Assembly: GCA_964644035.1 (NCBI GenBank)
Contig: CAZXUH010000001.1
Span: 67,712 to 131,711, forward strand
Direction: 5' to 3'
DNA length: 64,000 bases
From: an uncultured Candidatus Saccharibacteria bacterium
Lineage (GTDB): Bacteria; Patescibacteriota; Minisyncoccia; Phycocordibacterales; DAORIS01
How positions within the stretch are numbered: position 1 is the first letter of the stretch; every line of letters begins with the position of its first letter. The notes beneath the pieces are model-generated. The model was not told the DNA's origin, did not search any database, and saw nothing but the letters and a program-made list of their open reading frames with translations. Positions 57,996 through 64,000 of this stretch are shown piece by piece. The position numbers and the translations under genes were made by a program.

Positions 57996-59639
57996 ATGCA
58001 ATCGGCAAAGAAAATTTTGGCCACTTTGGGAATATTCTCAATCTTTGCCCTTCTTGTATTCAGTATCTACTCACGCACGCCAGGACTTTTTACTGGCGAC
58101 GACCCATACTATCATGCTTATCGTGCAGCGGCACTATGGAGAAGTGAAACTCCCAATATGCCGGTCTATACGACGTTCCAGACCCATCCAGTGACGTTTT
58201 ATATCGGATATTACTGGAGTATGGCGCCCTTTACTGCTGGCTTCAATGGAAACAATTTTGATTCTATTATTTTGGGTTCAAAAATATATCATTCTCTGCT
58301 TATCGGATTTTTATACGCATCTTTCTTTGCTATTACCTGGAAATTACTCAAAAGCGGCAAATATGCACTGACTGCGGTAACACTACTTTTTGTGTCTTCG
58401 GAATTGTTTGTCTTTCGTTCATTTATTCCACGACCACATGTCATGAGTATTATTTTGGTAATACTGGCGTATTATTTTGCAGTCAGAAATCATAAGAAAT
58501 CCATTTTCATACTCAATATTATTTCTCCTTTTACTTACTCAACTTCTTTTTTTACGGTTGTGCCTGGCATAGTCTATGCCGTAGTAGCCAAAAAATGGTG
58601 GCCAGCGATTTTGTCCTGTGGAGGTTTGCTAGTTGGTATCCTGATACGACCTGATAGTTGGAATTATTTTTACAATGCATATGGTCTGCACTTATTGTCT
58701 ATCTTTAGGACGACGATATTGGGGCAGGCAGGGCCTGGAGAATTGAAATCAGGAGGTCTGATACTCCTACACGAACCATGGATCTTTGCCTACGTCGCTA
58801 TTTTGGGCTATGCGCTTATTTATTTCCTGACATGGAGAAATAATAGACAAACATTGTTTTTCAAATGGAGTATAGAATCGAAATATACGCTCGTATTGTC
58901 TTTCCTTTTCTACATACCGTTTATGTTTGTGGTCAGGACTATAGAATACACATTGCCTTTTGCAATTTTGGCTATACTTTTTGTTTGGAAAGAACATCTT
59001 CTATTTTTTATGAGACGTTTTACTTCTATTCGTTTTGAAAATAATACTTCCAAAGCCCAGCAGATCTTTATTAATATTCCGCAACATATACTCAAGACTT
59101 TTTATGAATATAAAAAAATACTTCTATTTGTATGTATACTTTCTTTGGTTTCGCTTGGTGTGACAAGACTGACGTTGTTGCGTTATACAGCCGAACATCA
59201 AAATGATCTCACGCCTTTCGTCGCACTTACTGATTATTTAAAAGAACATTCAGTAGAAGGTGACTTGGTAATGTATCAGGACTTCGCACTACACTCTAAG
59301 CTTGTATTTTTCAGGACCAACAATCATTTTCCAGTGGGCATGGATCCGATATTTCTCTATGAATATGATCAAAAGTTGTATTGGCTTTGGTATCATATTG
59401 CTCTCAGTGAAGATATTTGCGAACAGAAAATATGCGCACAGGAAAACACGCTTTCTATGTACGATGCTTTGCACGAAAGACTTAAAGCAAAATATTTCCT
59501 GCTCGATTATATAGATAGTGATCACGAAGCATTTGAACAGGGTTCATCTACTCGAAAAAAGCTTGAATCTGATTCTCGATTTGAGCTTGTGCATGGCAAG
59601 GTTGAGGAAGATCAACTAGCGCTCTATAAAATACAATAG
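57996..59639 (+). CDS. GT-C-fold integral membrane glycosyltransferase-like protein
   Basis: GDDPYYH after TM1, RPH, GMDP; more than 10 TMs; AT-rich. Confidence 0.7.
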   Translation: MQSAKKILATLGIFSIFALLVFSIYSRTPGLFTGDDPYYHAYRAAALWRSETPNMPVYTTFQTHPVTFYIGYYWSMAPFTAGFNGNNFDSIILGSKIYHSLLIGFLYASFFAITWKLLKSGKYALTAVTLLFVSSELFVFRSFIPRPHVMSIILVILAYYFAVRNHKKSIFILNIISPFTYSTSFFTVVPGIVYAVVAKKWWPAILSCGGLLVGILIRPDSWNYFYNAYGLHLLSIFRTTILGQAGPGELKSGGLILLHEPWIFAYVAILGYALIYFLTWRNNRQTLFFKWSIESKYTLVLSFLFYIPFMFVVRTIEYTLPFAILAILFVWKEHLLFFMRRFTSIRFENNTSKAQQIFINIPQHILKTFYEYKKILLFVCILSLVSLGVTRLTLLRYTAEHQNDLTPFVALTDYLKEHSVEGDLVMYQDFALHSKLVFFRTNNHFPVGMDPIFLYEYDQKLYWLWYHIALSEDICEQKICAQENTLSMYDALHERLKAKYFLLDYIDSDHEAFEQGSSTRKKLESDSRFELVHGKVEEDQLALYKIQ

Positions 59640-59647
59640 AACCTCAA

Positions 59648-60364
59648 CTATTTATTAGACTTAAAACGATATTTGATAAGAGTCCAGATGGCAATAAATC
59701 CGTCACGCATTTTTATTTTCTTACCTTCCTTGCGACTGCGTGGAGTGTATGAGATTGGCACTTCTATTATCGGAATATGTTTTCTCAAGACTTTTGCTGT
59801 TACTTCAGGACAAAATTCGAAACCAAGACAGGTCAGTGGAATATTTTTAATAACATCCGCTTTAAACACTTTGTAACATGTCGGTTCATCGGTCAGTCGT
59901 ACGTTGTACAAAATATTAGTTACAAATGTTACAAGTTGTGTACCCATTTGGAAAAGATCGTATTTTGATCTTGCATTGGGATTATTTAAAAATCGAGAAC
60001 CGTAGACTACTTGAGCTCCTTGCTCGAGTATAGGCTGGAGTAGTCGGGAATAATCATTAGGATTGTATTCAAGATCGGCGTCTTGTATGAGTACGATATC
60101 TCCTGTAGCTGCTTGCAGACCGGTGCGAATAGCACGGCCTTTGCCGGCGTTTATTCGGTGATTGATCGTAATAACACTGAGTCCTGGTGGTCTGACGGAT
60201 TTTTTAATCTCTTCAAGGACTCGTGGAGTAGAGTCGCTCGAATAATCATTGACGAAAATAATTTCTTTTTGGGTGCTGCCTATGTCTGCTTGAGAAACGC
60301 GGTCATAGATCTCCCGAAGCGTTCGTTCCTCATTGAAGCAGGGAATGATGATCGAGAGTTTCAT
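59648..60364 (-). CDS. GT2 polyprenol-phosphate glycosyltransferase (DPM1/GtrB-like)
   Basis: IIIPCFNE, NDYSSD, GKG, QDADLEY, YGSR, EVPISY.PR. Confidence 0.92.
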   Translation of the reverse strand: MKLSIIIPCFNEERTLREIYDRVSQADIGSTQKEIIFVNDYSSDSTPRVLEEIKKSVRPPGLSVITINHRINAGKGRAIRTGLQAATGDIVLIQDADLEYNPNDYSRLLQPILEQGAQVVYGSRFLNNPNARSKYDLFQMGTQLVTFVTNILYNVRLTDEPTCYKVFKADVIKNIPLTCLGFEFCPEVTAKVLRKHIPIIEVPISYTPRSRKEGKKIKMRDGFIAIWTLIKYRFKSNK

Positions 60365-60372
60365 GTATCGTC

Positions 60373-60448
60373 TGGTGCACCCAGCAGGATTCGAACCTGC
60401 GACCGTCTCCTTAAGAGGGAGCTGCTCTACCAACTGAGCTATGGATGC
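60373..60448 (-). tRNA. tRNA-Lys(CTT)
   Basis: GCATCCA...TGGGTGCACCA, loop CTCTTAA. Confidence 0.94.
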
Positions 60449-60520
60449 ATATGTGCCGACAAGCTTTTATAACATAATTATTCCATTTTTCAAAAATAAC
60501 TTAGTAGTTTCATTGTACTG

Positions 60521-60604
60521 TGCCCGAGGTGGGACTCGAACCCACACGCCCTTGCGGACAACTGATTTTAAGTCAGTTCTGGCTACCAATTACAGCACTC
60601 GGGC
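60521..60604 (-). tRNA. tRNA-Leu(TAA)
   Basis: GCCCGAG...CTCGGGCA, ACTGA-CTTAAAA-TCAGT. Confidence 0.95.
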
Positions 60605-60640
60605 AATGTCTTGCACATATATCTTATCAGAACTAAATAC

Positions 60641-60717
60641 TGGAGGCGTAGGCCGGGCTCGAACCGGCGCATAACGGTTTTGCAGACCGCCGCGTTGACC
60701 AACTTCGCCACTACGCC
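60641..60717 (-). tRNA. tRNA-Cys(GCA)
   Basis: GGCGTAG...CTACGCCTCCA, loop CTGCAAA. Confidence 0.95.
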
Positions 60718-60804
60718 GTTGAACATCAACCGCAAATAAATGTTATCGCTTGGCACGCATAATTTGGGGGAGGCCTCCGCGAGGCCCGCTCAAACATTAT
60801 TTGC

Positions 60805-61149
60805 TCATTGATTACTAACTTCCTGACTCAGTGTGTCTATCCTCTGTCTGTTCTTTTCTCCAGAATCTATTTCAAAAGAAAGAAAGGGGATTCGGCCAAT
60901 GCGAGCATGTTCTTTGACGTATTCGCGTATTTCCGATGCCTGGCGCTTGAGGAAGGTGAGCGCCGTTTGTTCATATGAATCAGGCAAGACTGTAACGAAG
61001 ATCGTTACTTTGTCTAATTTATCAGAAATCGCACCGGAAGTCACCGTAATGAGGGACTGACGATTTGACTCTCTGGCTATGTATTCTGAGACGCAATGCT
61101 TAGTGAGTTCAAGGATGCGTTCGTCTTTGTGATGTGTAGGCTGTTTCAT
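60805..61149 (-). CDS. rbfA: Ribosome-binding factor A
   Basis: LITVT, RIPFLSFEID; follows infB. Confidence 0.88.
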   Translation of the reverse strand: MKQPTHHKDERILELTKHCVSEYIARESNRQSLITVTSGAISDKLDKVTIFVTVLPDSYEQTALTFLKRQASEIREYVKEHARIGRIPFLSFEIDSGEKNRQRIDTLSQEVSNQ

Positions 61150-61171
61150 GTGTCTGTGAATTGTTTTGGAA

Positions 61172-62701
61172 TTATTCCTCAACAAGAGAGAAACATTCGA
61201 TCTTGTCTCCAGGCATAATATCTACCTTCGATTCGATCATGGCACCAAATTCTTTGCCCGCGGCGATTTCTGTTGCACGTTCTTTGAGTTGCTGAAGTTC
61301 GCGAATGCGTCCGCGTTCGATAAGATTGTCTCTGCGAAGTATTTTTACTTCTTCACCAACCTTGATAATACCGTCTTCGACTCGTCCACCGATGATATGC
61401 TTGTCTTTTGATCTGCTAAAGGTCTTGAGAATCTTTGCTAAGCCCGTCATTTTCTCAACGTATTTTTTAGGAGCACGGACTTTTACATACTCCTGAAGCC
61501 ATTCGGTCAGTTTGTAGATGATATCGAACATGTGCATCTCAGTCTTTTGGTTTTCAGCTAGCGATTTTGCTGGAGCATCGATACCAACACCAAAACCTAG
61601 AATAATCGTACCAGGAATACCCGCAGCTGCTTTGATATCGTTTTCACCGATATCTCCGACTGACTGCTGAACGATGCGAATATTGATGGCATCGTTTTTG
61701 ATTTTGCCGATTTCATGTATAAGCGCCTCGAGACCGCCTGTTTCTGAGGCTTTGATAATAATAGGAAGAGTAGCTTTGTCTGCATTATCAAAAGATTTTG
61801 GAGTATTGGCCTGTTTTGATAGTTGTTCGAGATGAGTCTGAATCAAAGCCTCAGCTTCTTTTTTGGATTCTACCGTTACAAATACTTCACCGACTGCAGG
61901 CAATTCATTCCAGCCAATAATACGCACAGGATTGGTAAATGTTGCTTCTTTGATTGATTTGCCGGCAAAGTTTTCGAATATACGAATAGGGGAGAAACTT
62001 TTTCCTGCGACGACAAACTGTCCCGATGACACAGTACCATTGGTAATGATTGCTGTAGCAGTGTTGCCCTTTTTTCTATCGACGTGAGTTTCGATAATCG
62101 TACCCTGACCCTGAGCTTTTGGATCGGCTTTCATATCTTCGAGTTCGGCAACAAGGAGAATCATTTCGAGGAGTTCAGGTATACCTTCGCCAGTTTTTGC
62201 TGAAATAGGTACGACAGAAATATTGCCGCCGTAGCCTTCAACATAGATTTCATTTTCAGCAAGACTTTGCTTAGTACGTTCGATATTGGCTTCTGGACGA
62301 TCGATTTTATTGATTGCAACAATATAAGGAATCTTTTCTTTGAGAATAGTCTGAAGAGCCTGAATGGTTTGAGGCTTCACTCCGTCTTCGGCTGAGACAA
62401 CAAGAATAGCAATATCAGCTATTTTTGCACCACGAGCTCTTATGCTTTGGAATGATTCATGACCAGGAGTATCGATGAAGGTGATTTTCTTTTTCTTTCC
62501 ATTGACTTCGTGTTCGACTTCGTAGGCACTCATTTTCTGAGTAATACCACCAACTTCTTTTTCAGTGACATTGGTTTTGCGAATGTAGTCGAGCAGGGTT
62601 GATTTGCCATGGTCGACGTGTCCCATCACTACGATAACAGGCGGACGTTCTATAGACGCGCCTTTCATAGTCCCTTCATTGTTTTTTGAGGTTTTCTTCA
62701 T
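61172..62701 (-). CDS. infB: Translation initiation factor IF-2 (no long N-domain)
   Basis: RPPVIVVMGHVDHGKS, DTPGHESF, NKID. Confidence 0.97.
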   Translation of the reverse strand: MKKTSKNNEGTMKGASIERPPVIVVMGHVDHGKSTLLDYIRKTNVTEKEVGGITQKMSAYEVEHEVNGKKKKITFIDTPGHESFQSIRARGAKIADIAILVVSAEDGVKPQTIQALQTILKEKIPYIVAINKIDRPEANIERTKQSLAENEIYVEGYGGNISVVPISAKTGEGIPELLEMILLVAELEDMKADPKAQGQGTIIETHVDRKKGNTATAIITNGTVSSGQFVVAGKSFSPIRIFENFAGKSIKEATFTNPVRIIGWNELPAVGEVFVTVESKKEAEALIQTHLEQLSKQANTPKSFDNADKATLPIIIKASETGGLEALIHEIGKIKNDAINIRIVQQSVGDIGENDIKAAAGIPGTIILGFGVGIDAPAKSLAENQKTEMHMFDIIYKLTEWLQEYVKVRAPKKYVEKMTGLAKILKTFSRSKDKHIIGGRVEDGIIKVGEEVKILRRDNLIERGRIRELQQLKERATEIAAGKEFGAMIESKVDIMPGDKIECFSLVEE

Positions 62702-62814
62702 AGTATCTGTTCTAGAGTAGATGCAGCTCTTTGATTATACATATAGATTTGGGTTTGTACATAATAAAAAAGCCCCCGCATTTTATGCGGGGACTAGAAT
62801 GACGTAGCTTGCTG

Positions 62815-63408
62815 TTAGGCAGTTGTATAGACTGGCGAGGGGATGGCAATGACAGTGATATCTCCCCAGTCTCTAGAACTCCAGTGATGAGCGAGTCCTT
62901 GAAGCGTGCTTAGAACAGAGTGAGTGCTTGCGGCGTGGCCGTCGTGATTGCGTATTTGACCCGTTGTGATGATCAAGCAGGGAAGAGAAACTGGAGTTCC
63001 TATGAAATCTTCTTGGTTGAACAGATTCGACCAGAAACGCGACATATGTGAACTCCACGTAACCTTGATCGATTCAGGAAGTCCCTGCTCGCGAAGGATT
63101 TCGAGTATGCTCGAGCATGGGCATGTTTTGCCCGCGCCGAGTCTGTCGATTTCAGCGTCTGTTCCAACGACAAGTATCCGGTCTGGATCAATACCTTGGA
63201 CGCTCATATCTTGCAAGGGCGGTTGCCTGAAGAAGATTTCGAAACCATGCATAAAGCGCGGTTTCTTTTTGATGTCGCCACCAGTAGCACACCAGTGATG
63301 CCAGACAGTAGTCCGGTCAACCGGTACGTCTTGGTTGTCAGCAAGATCCATAAGTTTACGGAGCTCAGCCCGATTTTCAGGCGTATCAAATTCCTTAAAC
63401 GTAAGCAT
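62815..63408 (-). CDS. Hypothetical protein, paralogue of next ORF
   Basis: SD AAAGGA, TTGACT promoter, terminator 62766-62792. Confidence 0.75.
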   Translation of the reverse strand: MLTFKEFDTPENRAELRKLMDLADNQDVPVDRTTVWHHWCATGGDIKKKPRFMHGFEIFFRQPPLQDMSVQGIDPDRILVVGTDAEIDRLGAGKTCPCSSILEILREQGLPESIKVTWSSHMSRFWSNLFNQEDFIGTPVSLPCLIITTGQIRNHDGHAASTHSVLSTLQGLAHHWSSRDWGDITVIAIPSPVYTTA

Positions 63409-63543
63409 AACTATCCTTTCTGTATGAGTTGTGAAGGACTGTAACTGGATATTTTATATCTTAGAAATATAGTTTAGTCAAATAACCTCAGAATAAAAAA
63501 GCCCCGTACCGAAGTACGAGGCTTAGAGTGACGCGGCTTGCTG

Positions 63544-64000
63544 TTAGGCAGCTGCCGAGACAGGGACGGGGATAGCAATGACGGGAATGCGCCATTTTTT
63601 GGAGTTCCAGATGTTTGCAAATTCCAAAAGCTTACTCAGAACTGTAGACGCACTACCCTTGGAGTTGGGGTGGCTGTGAATGTTGCCGGTTGTGACAATC
63701 AAGCGCGGAAGATGGACAGGTGTGCCGATGAAATCCTGTTCAGCAAAGAAGTCTGTCCAAAAGTGCTCCATTTTCCAACTCCACGTAACCTTGACGGAAT
63801 CGTCAAGATTCTGCTCGGCGAAGATCTTCAGAATATCGGAAGATGGTCTTGATTCACATCGACCCAGCTTTCGGGTTTCGGCTTTAGCCCCCACTATGAG
63901 AACCCTGCTCGGGTCGATGCCTTCGACGGTCATCTTTTCCAAAGGCAGTGTCCTGTAGAAAATTTCATGACCAGCAAGCTTGCGTGGTTTGTTTTTGATG
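63544..64000 (-). CDS. Hypothetical protein (5'-truncated by window), paralogue of 62815-63408
   Basis: Frame open to window end (IKNKPRKLAGHEIFY...); shared GIDP, KVTWS, DFIGTPV, VIAIP. Confidence 0.75.
   Translation of the reverse strand, partial: IKNKPRKLAGHEIFYRTLPLEKMTVEGIDPSRVLIVGAKAETRKLGRCESRPSSDILKIFAEQNLDDSVKVTWSWKMEHFWTDFFAEQDFIGTPVHLPRLIVTTGNIHSHPNSKGSASTVLSKLLEFANIWNSKKWRIPVIAIPVPVSAAA

Noticed and set aside
60365-60433. N-terminal extension of the GT2 ORF in the track
   Set aside because: It reads through tRNA-Lys; the real start is MKLSII at 60364
63110-63180. GAGKT as a Walker A motif in the orphan protein
   Set aside because: Not conserved in the adjacent paralogue (GRCES) and spacing is wrong
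62814-63549. GCCTAAC at both paralogue stop codons resembles an integron attC R'' box (RYYYAAC)
   Set aside because: No complementary GTTRRRY/L boxes downstream and no integrase; explained by Ala codon + TAA + C in duplicated genes

Overview
Ordinary chromosomal segment of a small-genome bacterium, most likely Patescibacteria/CPR (Parcubacteria-like). This assignment is inferred from trimmed ValRS, IF2 and TruB, rpsP-khpA-trmD without rimM, tandem TrbC/VirB2-type pilins and no biosynthetic genes. Core genes: rpoC (5' partial), dnaG, rpoD, hisS, truB, typA, rnr, rpsP, trmD, murJ, lepA, valS, tsaD, trxB, ftsZ/ftsA, ybeY, rpsU, lepB, pth, rpsA, gyrA, rbfA, infB, plus RNase P RNA and nine tRNAs. 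No CRISPR, transposase, integrase or prophage was seen. Most notable: (1) a complete leader-peptide transcription attenuator (leaderless 28-codon uORF, mutually exclusive 1:2/2:3/3:4 helices) controlling an orphan protein followed by a long GC-rich structured 3' RNA (34.1-35.1 kb); (2) an SPFH-linked cluster of domain-shuffled membrane proteins sharing an unnamed domain, with a loop-inverted terminator pair (53.2-56.9 kb); (3) apparently leaderless core genes versus self-contained orphan genes with strong Shine-Dalgarno sites; (4) a secreted (GGGGI[QT])n protein beside a tRNA-embedded glycosylation pair. All calls are by eye; no database searches or folding programs were run.
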